From NCBI GenBank assembly GCA_002409585.1, contig DHNP01000017.1, positions 56,468-120,467 of the forward strand: a stretch of DNA of 64,000 nt, given 5' to 3'. The stretch's first letter is position 1; each line of letters starts with the position of its first letter. Source of the stretch: Ruminococcaceae bacterium UBA5413 (GTDB taxonomy: Bacteria > Bacillota > Clostridia > Oscillospirales > Acutalibacteraceae). The position numbers and the translations under genes are program-made. This document shows positions 28,677-38,189 of this stretch, piece by piece. The notes under the pieces are model-generated. The model saw nothing but the letters and a program-made list of their open reading frames with translations, made no database searches and was not told where the DNA came from.

Positions 28677-28701
28677 TGACTTGTCCTCTCCTTTCATAAC
28701 A

Positions 28702-28730
28702 TAAATATGGACAAAGCCGCGGGCTTAGAA
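28702..28730 (-). promoter_or_regulatory. Putative sigmaE promoter of the spoIIIA operon
   Basis: TTCTAA-N15-CATATTTA on the minus strand. spoIIIA is sigmaE-dependent in characterised spore formers. Confidence 0.5.
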
Positions 28731-28895
28731 CCGAAAAATAAACGCCGTCCGTTAAACGCGGGCGGCGGAGCGCTTTTTGGGGTAAATAATATTTTTCGCG
28801 CGCGGCTTCTAGCGTAACGCGTTAAGGCGTATTTTTTATCTTTTACTGTAAATAATTATTATAAGAGCAATCTGTTTATACAGGAGGATGACGAT

Positions 28896-30896
28896 ATGTA
28901 TAAAAAGCTTTTCGAACCTATTGCTATCGGCAAAGTAAAAATAAAAAACCGTATATCTATGGCGCCGATGGGCGCTTTCGGGCTGTGCTTTGAGGACGGG
29001 GCATATAACCAGCGCGCCATAGACTACTACGTCGAGCGCGCAAAGGGCGGCACGGGGCTTATCATAACGAGCATTACAAAAGTTGAGAACGAAATAGACA
29101 AAACTGTAATGCCGGCTTTCCCGTGCGTTACCACAAACCCTATTCATTTTTTGGAAACGGCGGCTGAGATGACCGAGAGGGTGCATTCCTACGGCACTAA
29201 AATATTCCTTCAGCTTACCATGGGCTTCGGTCGCAGCGGGGCACCGGCGCTTATGGCCGCGCCGCCGGTTTCTGCTTCGGCCATACCGAACTACTGGGAC
29301 CCGCGCGTTACGTGCAGGCCGCTTTCCACTGAAGAAGTGGAAACAATAGTGAGACGCTTCGGGCAGTCGGCGGGCATAGCAAAGCAGGCAGGGTTCGACG
29401 GGGTGGAGATACACGCCGTACACGAAGGGTACCTGCTCGACCAGTTCACGCTTGCCATCTTTAACCACCGCACGGATAAGTACGGAGGCGGCCTGCGCGG
29501 CAGGCTCACGCTTCCGATAGAAATACTAAGCATAATTAAGGAAACCTGCGGTGCGGATTTTCCGGTTGGCCTCCGTTACAGCGTTAAGAGCGCCATTAAG
29601 GACTGGCGGCAGGGCGGCCTGCCCGAAGAAGAGTACAGTGACAAAGGACGCGGGCTTGAGGAGGGCATAGAGGCGGCAAAGATCCTTGAAGATGCCGGTT
29701 ATGACGAACTTAACACAGACGTGGGGACTTATGACGCATGGTACTGGTCGCATCCTCCGATATACCAGAAACACGGCCTCTACCTGCCGTATACGGAGGA
29801 ACTTAAAAAAGCGGTCCACATACCGGTTATAGTTGCCGGTAAGCTCGATATGCCTGAGATGGCAGAAAAAGCGCTCGAAGACGGCAAGGCGGATATGATA
29901 GGCCTCGGCAGGGCGCTGCTGACTGACCCTGACTGGCCTAAAAAAGTTATTGAAAACGACATTGCGGATATACGCCCGTGCATAGGATGCCACGCGGGCT
30001 GCCTTGGGCGCGCGTTTGAGGGCAAGCCGCTTTCATGTGCTGTAAACCCCGCCTGCGGCAGGGAGGAGATATATAAGATAGAACCTGCGCAAAAGCCTAA
30101 AAACGTGCTTGTAGCCGGCGGCGGCATAGCAGGCATGGAGGTTGCCCGCACAGCGTCCCTGCGCGGGCATAAAGTTTCGCTTTACGAAAAGTCGGGCGAA
30201 CTCGGCGGGCACGTTATCCCAGGCTCAAAGCCGGACTTCAAGCTTGACGACCGCAGGCTGCTCGACTGGTACAAATACCAAATGCTTAACCTTAAAATTG
30301 ATATCCATATGGAAAGTGAAGTTACAGAGGAAACGATAAAAAAGGAAAAACCGGACGCTGTAGTCGTAGCTACAGGCTCCCACGATAAGCACATTCCGGT
30401 TCCCGGTATAAACAAGCCGCATGTAAAAACGGCGACGGACGTACTGAACGGCATCGACGCGGCGGGTGAACACGCGGCTGTGATAGGCGGCGGCCTTGTA
30501 GGCTGTGAAACGGCGCTTTATATGGCAAAAGCGGGCAAAGAGGTAACAGTCGTCGAAATGCTTGACGATATACTCCTTTCTTCCGGTAACCCGATACCCC
30601 ATATGAACAGGATAATGCTTATAGACCTTTTAAAGTTTTACAATGTAAGGGTAATAACCGGTACTTCTCTCCTTGAAGTAAAAGACAACAGCGTCATCCT
30701 TATAAACGAAAGCTTCCGCAGGTGCGAGCTTATGTGCGACACAGTAGTAACCGCCGTAGGCTATGACAGGGACAACAGCCTTTACGACAAGCTCAGCGGG
30801 AAGTTTGCGGAGACCTATGTCGTCGGAGATGCAAACAAGGTTGAAAACATCATGCACGCAATATGGACGGCATACGAGGTAGGCATAAAAATCTGA
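28896..30896 (+). CDS. 2-enoate reductase-type NADH:flavin oxidoreductase (OYE + 4Fe-4S + FAD domains)
   Basis: MAPMGAFGL, YYVERAKGGTGLIITSITKVENEIDK, EIHAVHEGYLLDQF, CIGCHAGC-x11-C cluster motif and GGGIAG. From memory it closely resembles clostridial Enr/FldZ. Confidence 0.85.
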   Translation: MYKKLFEPIAIGKVKIKNRISMAPMGAFGLCFEDGAYNQRAIDYYVERAKGGTGLIITSITKVENEIDKTVMPAFPCVTTNPIHFLETAAEMTERVHSYGTKIFLQLTMGFGRSGAPALMAAPPVSASAIPNYWDPRVTCRPLSTEEVETIVRRFGQSAGIAKQAGFDGVEIHAVHEGYLLDQFTLAIFNHRTDKYGGGLRGRLTLPIEILSIIKETCGADFPVGLRYSVKSAIKDWRQGGLPEEEYSDKGRGLEEGIEAAKILEDAGYDELNTDVGTYDAWYWSHPPIYQKHGLYLPYTEELKKAVHIPVIVAGKLDMPEMAEKALEDGKADMIGLGRALLTDPDWPKKVIENDIADIRPCIGCHAGCLGRAFEGKPLSCAVNPACGREEIYKIEPAQKPKNVLVAGGGIAGMEVARTASLRGHKVSLYEKSGELGGHVIPGSKPDFKLDDRRLLDWYKYQMLNLKIDIHMESEVTEETIKKEKPDAVVVATGSHDKHIPVPGINKPHVKTATDVLNGIDAAGEHAAVIGGGLVGCETALYMAKAGKEVTVVEMLDDILLSSGNPIPHMNRIMLIDLLKFYNVRVITGTSLLEVKDNSVILINESFRRCELMCDTVVTAVGYDRDNSLYDKLSGKFAETYVVGDANKVENIMHAIWTAYEVGIKI

Positions 30897-30914
30897 CGGC
30901 GGAAGGCATCATAA

Positions 30915-30959
30915 AAGCGCGCGGAGTACAGGGTGTACTTTCGCGCGCTTAGGTTTTTT
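30915..30959 (+). terminator. Intrinsic terminator after the enoate reductase gene
   Basis: 16-bp stem with one bulge, AAGCGCGCGGAGTACA/TGTACTTTCGCGCGCTT, plus T-tract. Confidence 0.7.
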
Positions 30960-31023
30960 ATGTGTGCCGCGCAGCAGCGGCTTTAAAATTTATTTAAGGC
31001 CAGGCATATAACCTCACTTGGCA

Positions 31024-31863
31024 TCAGGGCTTCAGGAATGGCGTTATTGCCTCCGCATCTTTATAACCTTTTGCGTACATTTCCTCAAGGCGCTTTTTGT
31101 CTTTTGTGAGTGTTTTCATGCCGCAGCAGTTGTCCGGCGCTATAATAACAGCCTTGCCGGCGCTCTCATATTTTTTGGCAAGCGCGACTTCGCTGTTGTA
31201 CTTTTTGTAGCGCAGCATGAGGCTTTCCGCGGCTTTGGGGTATTTGTGCTTTAAAATCCTTGCCAGACGCGCGTCGCTTTTTTGTTTCCTGATGAAATCG
31301 CGCGGCTTCGTAAGCACGACGACGACTTTGCCGCAGCCGTCGGCAAAAGCCTTTTCTACCGGCACCGGGTCGGCAAGGCCGCCGTCAAAGCACGGCACCC
31401 CTTTTACCGTATACGGCTCGCAGAAAACTGGTATGCAGGAGGACGCTTTTAAGATATCGTAATTGTCCTGGGACATGTCGCTTTTGTCAAAATAAATGGT
31501 TTCACCCGTTTCGGCGTTTAACGCCACTACTTTCATAATGCTTTCAGAGCGGCTGAAAGCATCAAAGTCAAGCGGGTTTTCCCCGTCCTTTGCCGAAAGC
31601 TCGCCGTATATATAGTCAAGGTTCAGGTACGAACCGGTATGGAGCATATTGTCGAAGCCCATATATTTTTTACGGAAAGAGTACTCCATGTAGTACTTGC
31701 AGTTGCGCTCCTTTTGGCCGGCAAGAAATGAGGCCATGTTTGCGCTTCCGGCCGAAACGCCTATGCAGTAGTCGAACTTTATACCTTTATCAAGGCAGTA
31801 GTCAAGGACTCCCGCACCGTAAATGCCCCTTAAGCCGCCGCCGGCATCTATTATCCCGTTCAT
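31024..31863 (-). CDS. Patatin-like phospholipase family protein
   Basis: GGGLRG, GVSAG (GxSxG) and DGG motifs. Confidence 0.9.
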   Translation of the reverse strand: MNGIIDAGGGLRGIYGAGVLDYCLDKGIKFDYCIGVSAGSANMASFLAGQKERNCKYYMEYSFRKKYMGFDNMLHTGSYLNLDYIYGELSAKDGENPLDFDAFSRSESIMKVVALNAETGETIYFDKSDMSQDNYDILKASSCIPVFCEPYTVKGVPCFDGGLADPVPVEKAFADGCGKVVVVLTKPRDFIRKQKSDARLARILKHKYPKAAESLMLRYKKYNSEVALAKKYESAGKAVIIAPDNCCGMKTLTKDKKRLEEMYAKGYKDAEAITPFLKP

Positions 31864-32023
31864 ACGGATTCCCCTTTTCGGCCGCACGCCGTAAAACTTA
31901 TTTTATATTGTATAATTAAATTTTACCATATTGCGGGGCGGTTGTTAAGTATATTGCAAAAATAAAAACAGCCGCGGCTTTGACGGCTTAATGCCGTAAG
32001 GCGTGCGGCTGCTTTGCTCATGC

Positions 32024-32320
32024 TTACTGCGTGACGGAGGGCAGGCTCCCGAGGTTGTTGTTTTCGCTGCCGTCCGGGACGGACTTGAGGTATTCGCTGC
32101 CTTTTCTTTTGGCAACGCCTACGCCGCGTATGCCGCCGTCTTTGGCGAGCCTTACGCCATCCTCTTTGCTTACAATATTACCGTCGGAAAGTTTGTACCC
32201 GCTGACGCGGCCTTTTTCCCTTACGAGCGCGACTATCCTTTTAGCGTCCGCCCTGGCGGCCGGAATATCTTCCATTGCCATTGCGGGTAATTTTGATACA
32301 TTGTTTTCATTGTCTGACAT
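32024..32320 (-). CDS. DUF3892 domain protein
   Basis: GYKLSDG...EYLKSVPDGSENNNLGSLP pattern. RBS AGGAGG. Confidence 0.75.
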   Translation of the reverse strand: MSDNENNVSKLPAMAMEDIPAARADAKRIVALVREKGRVSGYKLSDGNIVSKEDGVRLAKDGGIRGVGVAKRKGSEYLKSVPDGSENNNLGSLPSVTQ

Positions 32321-32457
32321 AATGCTGACGGCCTCCTGAACAAAATCATTTTTATGTGCATAAAGTAGTTTTTCCGTATAAGGAGGCCGTTAACCGTTTT
32401 AAATTTTTCCATATCATATGGAGTGTGATGGAACGCCGTGTTTTGCCGCGGGGCGCT

Positions 32458-33360
32458 TTAATGCAAAGGCCCCATGATGCCGGCAGCGTTGATTGCCGCG
32501 CCGACGATGCCCGCGTGCGCGTCGAAGGATGAAAGCTCTATCCTGAAAGCGTTCCTCGGGTTTGGGACGCGCAGGTTGACTCTTACGGCGTTTATAAATT
32601 CTTCGAGGGGAAAGCCCTCCATCTCAACCACGCCTCCGCCGAGAATGACGTGTTTTGGGTCTAAAATAGTGATTTCAGTTGCGGCTGCGATGGCGCACAT
32701 GTTTACAGTGTTTTTTGCTTCCTCGCTTGAACGATGCAGCTTAAAGATCTCTTTTACAGGGCAGTTGAATTTTTCAGCGGCAAGTTTTTCCAAAGCTTTT
32801 CCGCTTGCTTTAATTTCAATGCAGCCGGCCTTGCCGCATCCGCACTCCTCTGTGAGCCCGTAAAGCGGTATGTGGCCTAACTCGCATGACGAACCTGTGC
32901 TGCCCCTGTAAATCCGGCCGTCTATGCACATGGCGTTGCCAAGGCCCGTGCCGATGTAAATGCCGATTATAATTCCGCTTTTATCGTAACCTTTTTTCCA
33001 TATGTCGTAGAGAAGTGAAGTGTTTACGTCCCTTTCCATAAATACGGGCATCCCTGTTTTTTTACGCAGGATATCCGCCAGCGGCAAATTGTCAAAGCCC
33101 TTTATGTTTGGGGAGGAGTAGCACATTGAGCGTTTTTCGTCCATCAGCGAAGCTATGGAAAGCGAAAGGCAGCGTATGTTTTCAGAACCGTATTTTTTTA
33201 CTAAAGGCTGAAGCAAGCCGTTTATATAATCATCTTTCCGCACGGCGTCAGAAAGGGCCTCCGTTTTTATTTTAGAAAAACTCAAAAGCTGAAAATCTTC
33301 ACTTACCGCGCCGTATCTTAAATTGGTTCCTCCTATTTCCATGCAAAGGTAATACTTCAT
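32458..33360 (-). CDS. ROK family sugar kinase, D-allose kinase (AlsK)-like
   Basis: EIGGT, RDVN, YIGTGLG, ELGHIPL, CGCGKAGC and ILGGGV; the RDVN and ELGHIPL motifs match my recollection of E. coli AlsK. Confidence 0.75.
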   Translation of the reverse strand: MKYYLCMEIGGTNLRYGAVSEDFQLLSFSKIKTEALSDAVRKDDYINGLLQPLVKKYGSENIRCLSLSIASLMDEKRSMCYSSPNIKGFDNLPLADILRKKTGMPVFMERDVNTSLLYDIWKKGYDKSGIIIGIYIGTGLGNAMCIDGRIYRGSTGSSCELGHIPLYGLTEECGCGKAGCIEIKASGKALEKLAAEKFNCPVKEIFKLHRSSEEAKNTVNMCAIAAATEITILDPKHVILGGGVVEMEGFPLEEFINAVRVNLRVPNPRNAFRIELSSFDAHAGIVGAAINAAGIMGPLH

Positions 33361-33398
33361 CTGTTGGAGACTCCTTTTGTTTAGTGCGCGGCGCGGCT

Positions 33399-34370
33399 TT
33401 AGGCGCGGCCGGCGCTGCCCATAACGTCAATCTTATGAAGGTACAGCTTTTCAAGCTCCGGCCGTATTTTCAGCGTGAAGACGCGGCTGTCTATGGCGCC
33501 GGGGTTTTCGGCAAGGATACGCCTTGTATGCGCGAGGGCGCATATCCAGCCGTCGGTGGCAATGTTTACTTTGCAGACTGCCATTTTAGCAGCTTTGGAT
33601 ATCTGGTCTTCCGGTATGCCCACGGCCTGCTCTATATGACCGCCGTAAGTATTTATCATTTGTACGAACTCAGGCGCTATGGTTGAAGCACCGTGGAGGA
33701 CTATAGGGAATCCAGGGTTGCTTTTTTCTATTTTTTCAAGTATGTCATACCGCAAATCCGGCAGGTTGCCGTTGGCATCCGGCTTGAGTTTTACCATGCC
33801 GTGGCATGTGCCTATGGAAATGGCGAGGCTGTCGGCGCCGGACCTTTTAATGAACTCCGACGCCATACCGGGGTCGGTGTAGAGGCTTTCTAAGTTACCG
33901 CCGCCGCCTTCTTCAGCGCCGGAAAGGATGCCGAGTTCGGCTTCTACAGTAACGCCGCGGCTATGGGCATACTCGGCGGTTTTTTTAGTTAACGCTATAT
34001 TTTCTTCAAAGGGAAGCGCGCTTCCGTCAATCATAATGGATGAGAACCCGTTTTCTACGGCAAGAACGCACTGCTCGTACGTCATGCCGTGGTCAAGGTG
34101 CAGCGCGACAGGAATATCAAGCCCTTCGTTTTTTATACGGTCAACCCCAGACTGCGCGACCCTTGCGAGCATTTCATGCCCCAACTGCCTGTGGAGGTTT
34201 GGGGAAACAAGCAGTATAATGGGTGACTTTTTCTTTATGACGGCATCCATAATGGCGTTGTACTGTTCAATGGTAACGAAATTGAACGCGGGTACGGCAT
34301 AACCGCCGCCGTATGCTTTTTGGAACATTCCGGCAGTGTTTACAAATCCTAAGTCCTTGTAGCTGTACAA
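33399..34370 (-). CDS. fba: Class II fructose-bisphosphate aldolase
   Basis: HLDHG, SSIMIDGS, VEAELG, IGTCHG, VLHGAS and KVN motifs. Confidence 0.9.
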   Translation of the reverse strand: MYSYKDLGFVNTAGMFQKAYGGGYAVPAFNFVTIEQYNAIMDAVIKKKSPIILLVSPNLHRQLGHEMLARVAQSGVDRIKNEGLDIPVALHLDHGMTYEQCVLAVENGFSSIMIDGSALPFEENIALTKKTAEYAHSRGVTVEAELGILSGAEEGGGGNLESLYTDPGMASEFIKRSGADSLAISIGTCHGMVKLKPDANGNLPDLRYDILEKIEKSNPGFPIVLHGASTIAPEFVQMINTYGGHIEQAVGIPEDQISKAAKMAVCKVNIATDGWICALAHTRRILAENPGAIDSRVFTLKIRPELEKLYLHKIDVMGSAGRA

Positions 34371-34410
34371 AGTAATTCCTCCTTAAGTATGTTTGTTGAG
34401 TGTTTGTATG

Positions 34411-35604
34411 TTATTGGGCGATTGTTTTTTTTAATGACGCATATCGGGGCAGATCGCCTATGAGTGGAACGATATAGTTTAAAAACGATGGTTTTATGCC
34501 GTTGTGTGTTTCATTTATATATTCTGTAGGAAGAAAATTATTGCTTGCCGCCACTTTTTCAAGGTCTATTAAGACAGTTTCGGTTTGGTAAGAAAGCTCT
34601 GATGTCCTGCGCAGCGACACCATTTTTCCGCTTGCGCCTTCCAAAGAGGCTTTTACGGCGGCCGCGCCGAGCAGCACGGCTTCCTTTTGGTCCACTGCGG
34701 AAACATTATGCGCTGAACACCTTTGCATCAGCCCCATATCTATGCAGCGTATTTTGCACGGGAAGCGCTTTTTAAGCAGCATATTTAAGTATGGGGTGAC
34801 GCCGCCCATGTTAAGCGGCGGCTTGTTTGCGCCGCGCGCAGCCGGTTCTTCAAAAAGGTAGCTGCCGGATTGGTTTTTTACGCCTTCGGCTACGACGGCA
34901 AAGCATTTTCCCTTTTGGGCGACGACCCTGCCGATGTCGTTTATAAACGCCTCCTCGTTAAACACGGTTTCCGGAACATAGATTAAATCAGGGCCGAAGC
35001 CTGTTAAACCGGCGGCTGAAGTCGAGGCGGCGAGGTAGCCGGAGTTCCGGCCCATTACTTCGGCCGCCATAATTAAATCGGTATCGTAAACCATCATGTC
35101 CTGTATAAGCTCCGAAATGCTTATTACAAGATGCCTTGCCGCCGACGGGAAACCGGGGGAGTGGTCAATATTTGAAATATCGTTGTCTACCGTTTTTGGT
35201 ATTTCAACAATACTGCATTTGTAATTCACTTTTGAAAGGAATTTGTAAAGCTGTAGGCAGCCGCGCACGGAACCGTTTCCGCCGTTCATAAAAATACAGC
35301 GGATATTGAAACGTTTGAGCGTGCCTAAAAACTTGTGGCAGTCTACATCGCTTATCATATGGCGGCACGAACCGAATACCATGGCCGGAGTCTGCTGTAA
35401 AAGCGAAAATTCCGCGGGCTTTTCAAGTGAAAGGTCGAACAACCTTCCGTTTATGGCTCCGGCTAAGCCGTGCTCCGCTGCGTAGAGTTTGCCTATGCTG
35501 CCGCTGTGTTTTGCGCACTCTGTAATGACTCCGTAAGCCGATGAATTTATGACGGCAGTAGGGCCGCCGGATTGTATATATAATGCATTGTACAAAGAAC
35601 TCAC
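34411..35604 (-). CDS. PfkA-family phosphofructokinase (PPi-PFK-like scaffold, GGNGS/PKTVD active site)
   Basis: QSGGPTAVINSS, GGNGS, PKTVDND and EVMGRNSGY motifs. Confidence 0.85.
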   Translation of the reverse strand: MSSLYNALYIQSGGPTAVINSSAYGVITECAKHSGSIGKLYAAEHGLAGAINGRLFDLSLEKPAEFSLLQQTPAMVFGSCRHMISDVDCHKFLGTLKRFNIRCIFMNGGNGSVRGCLQLYKFLSKVNYKCSIVEIPKTVDNDISNIDHSPGFPSAARHLVISISELIQDMMVYDTDLIMAAEVMGRNSGYLAASTSAAGLTGFGPDLIYVPETVFNEEAFINDIGRVVAQKGKCFAVVAEGVKNQSGSYLFEEPAARGANKPPLNMGGVTPYLNMLLKKRFPCKIRCIDMGLMQRCSAHNVSAVDQKEAVLLGAAAVKASLEGASGKMVSLRRTSELSYQTETVLIDLEKVAASNNFLPTEYINETHNGIKPSFLNYIVPLIGDLPRYASLKKTIAQ

Positions 35605-35611
35605 CTGTTTT

Positions 35612-37120
35612 TCATTTTTGCAGTTTTGGGAAGATGTTTTTTATATTTTTATACAGTTCAGTAAAAATCTGCTGTTGTTCCGCATAAGTTTTTACGTTTT
35701 CGGCAACAGGACATACGGGTTCTTTACAGATATGGACTATTTCCTCGCACGCTTCTTCAATGCAGCCGTAGCAGCCGGTGCCTACCGCCGCCATAATGAC
35801 TGCGCCGGTGCAGGCTTCCTCTGTATTTTCAACTGTGTAGACGGGTTTGTTTAAAACATCCGCCGTTATCTGCCGCCACAAAAAGCTTTTTGCGCCGCCT
35901 CCGGAAAAAATCAGCTTTTGACTTGAAATCCCCATGCTGTCGAAAACTTTTGCGCATTCGCATAAGTTAAAGGAAACGCCCTCCATCGTCGCCCTGAATA
36001 TATGACGGAGGTCATGGTTCATGCCAAGGCCGAAGTAGACGCCTTTCGCAGCGGGGTCCATAAAGGGGGTGCGTTCACCTGAAAGGAACGGAATGAAAAT
36101 CAGCCGGTCAGACCCTGCAGGAACTTCAGCGGCGCCTTCGTCAAGCTCTTTAAACGAAGCGGAGTCATGCAGGACTTTATCCCGCAGCCAGTTAATAGTG
36201 TTGCAGCCGTTAAGCGTACCGCCCTGCACGTACCAACGCCCCGGAACCGCGTGGCACCAAGTCTGGCATCTGAGGTCTGGCTTTTCGGGCGGTTTCCTTA
36301 TAAAAGCCGCTATCTGCGACGCCGTACCGATATTGCATACCATAGTGCCCTCTTTAACAATACCGTTGCCGATTAATGCCATGGCGGAGTCCCCGCCGCC
36401 CATTACTACTTTTGTCTTAGGCGAAAGCCCCGTTTCTTTGGCCGCTCTTTGCGAGATATGGCCGGCAACGTCGAACGGCGCCGCTGTGTCCGGCCATATA
36501 TCTGTTTTAAGGCCGAGCTTTTTTATCAGGGGCATGCACCATTTATTGTTTTTAACCGAGTATGCGAACGTTGACGATGCATCCGTGTAGTCGCAGCCGA
36601 TGGCGCCTGTCAGGCGGTAGCGGATATAGTCTTTAGGAAGCATTACGCTTTTAATTTTTCCGTAAACGGCGGGCCTGTTGTTTTTGAGCCAGAGAAGGGA
36701 ACAGATGAGCATGCCGGCGCCGGGCTGGTTAAGCAAGTCTGACTTTATCAGGCCGCCGGCCGCGCGTAGGACGTCATCGCGCTCTTTTGCGGAACGCTGG
36801 TCCAAATGGATAATTGCCGGATAAACAGGTGCCCCGTCGCTGCCAAGCGCAACCATGCCGTGCATTTGCCCGGAGAGGCCGATGCCGAGGATCTTATCAG
36901 GGGGAACGCATGAAGCCTTGAGCGCTTTGGCAACGGCCGACTTGACAGCGTCCCACCATTGACTTGGGTCCTGCTGCGCGTAACCTGCTTTTGGTATGTG
37001 GATTTCGTATCCTGATTTACCGCTTCCGACGGGCCTTCCGCCCAAATCCGTAATAAGCGCTTTAACACTGGATGTGCCGAGGTCTATACCGGCCAGATAC
37101 TCCATTTTTTTCACCCGCAA
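35612..37120 (-). CDS. FGGY family pentulose kinase (xylulokinase-like)
   Basis: GIDLGTSSVK, SGQMHG, DYTDAS, GGGDSA, GTASQ, PFLSGERTP and GGGAKS motifs. Confidence 0.88.
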   Translation of the reverse strand: MRVKKMEYLAGIDLGTSSVKALITDLGGRPVGSGKSGYEIHIPKAGYAQQDPSQWWDAVKSAVAKALKASCVPPDKILGIGLSGQMHGMVALGSDGAPVYPAIIHLDQRSAKERDDVLRAAGGLIKSDLLNQPGAGMLICSLLWLKNNRPAVYGKIKSVMLPKDYIRYRLTGAIGCDYTDASSTFAYSVKNNKWCMPLIKKLGLKTDIWPDTAAPFDVAGHISQRAAKETGLSPKTKVVMGGGDSAMALIGNGIVKEGTMVCNIGTASQIAAFIRKPPEKPDLRCQTWCHAVPGRWYVQGGTLNGCNTINWLRDKVLHDSASFKELDEGAAEVPAGSDRLIFIPFLSGERTPFMDPAAKGVYFGLGMNHDLRHIFRATMEGVSFNLCECAKVFDSMGISSQKLIFSGGGAKSFLWRQITADVLNKPVYTVENTEEACTGAVIMAAVGTGCYGCIEEACEEIVHICKEPVCPVAENVKTYAEQQQIFTELYKNIKNIFPKLQK

Positions 37121-37142
37121 ATGTTTATTTTAACGTTTAAGC

Positions 37143-38189
37143 TCATTTTTGTATGATTTCTATTTCCACGTTGTTTGGGTCGGTTATAAGCATGGTCACA
37201 CATTTTAACGCATCTATGTAAGAAGGTTTTTTCCGCACGGAGACGTTGTTTTTTCTGCAGGCTTCGTAAATTAAATTGATATTATCGGTCTCGATACAAA
37301 AATGCCGGTAAATATCCCTGCTGGTTTCACGCACAGAGGCCGCGTCAGTATGTGTAAGGTAATGGATTAATTCAAGGCGTGTCTGATTTGTAAGGTCAAA
37401 GTAGGTCAGCGTATGGTCGCCCATGTCTATAAAGCCTGATTTTTTAAGCCCGAGTATCCGCGAATAAAAGTTTTCAGATTTTCCGAGGTCCGAAACGTTT
37501 ATGGCTATGTGGTTGATGGAAAGCACGCTTGCCGTGCCCGCAGGCGGTAAATCACCGTTTAAGGAGCGCGCGTGTTCCAAAGGCGTTAAATGGTGCGAGT
37601 CATTTAAAAGCCGTAACATAGTGCGGTCTTTCAGCACGTCTATTATGGTCACTGAGGCGTTGTCAAGTTCAAGGCAGCGGTAAAAGCGGCAGCTCATGTC
37701 CAAAAGGGAAAAAATAATTAATTTAAGTATGCCGCCGTGCGTCACAACCGCGACGGTTTTTTCTGAAGCGCCGTAACGGCTTTTTATATCCTGCACGGCG
37801 GCATCAACGCGGAGCTTCGCGTGGGCTAAAGAACCCTCGCCAGGCATAGGGTAGAAAAACGGCTCGCGCCGGTAATTTAAAAAATCATTGCCAAAGCTGC
37901 TTTTAAGCTCGTCCCTTGTAAGGCCGTCCCATTTGCCGAAATCAAGTTCGCTTAAACGCCCGTCGGCGGTTATACCGGCCGGCCTGCCTGCCGCAAGCGC
38001 GCGGGCGGTATCATACGCGCGGCTCAAAGGCGAAGTATAGATTATATCGATAGGCATGCCTTTTAATGACTCGGCAAGCAGCCCGGCCTGCAGTTTTCCG
38101 CGCTCAGAAAGGGGGGTGTCGCTTCTTCCCTGGTAGCGCCCCTCGGAGTTCCACACGGTTTCAGCATGCCGTATCAGTAAGAATCGCAT
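37143..38189 (-). CDS. Histidine phosphatase fused to a C-terminal VOC (glyoxalase-like) domain
   Basis: RHAET...ELDFGKWDG...VTHGG phosphatase core, then NHIAINVSD...LELI...RHFCI...DPNNVEIEI with the four H/E/H/E VOC metal ligands, all in one open frame. Confidence 0.85.
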   Translation of the reverse strand: MRFLLIRHAETVWNSEGRYQGRSDTPLSERGKLQAGLLAESLKGMPIDIIYTSPLSRAYDTARALAAGRPAGITADGRLSELDFGKWDGLTRDELKSSFGNDFLNYRREPFFYPMPGEGSLAHAKLRVDAAVQDIKSRYGASEKTVAVVTHGGILKLIIFSLLDMSCRFYRCLELDNASVTIIDVLKDRTMLRLLNDSHHLTPLEHARSLNGDLPPAGTASVLSINHIAINVSDLGKSENFYSRILGLKKSGFIDMGDHTLTYFDLTNQTRLELIHYLTHTDAASVRETSRDIYRHFCIETDNINLIYEACRKNNVSVRKKPSYIDALKCVTMLITDPNNVEIEIIQK

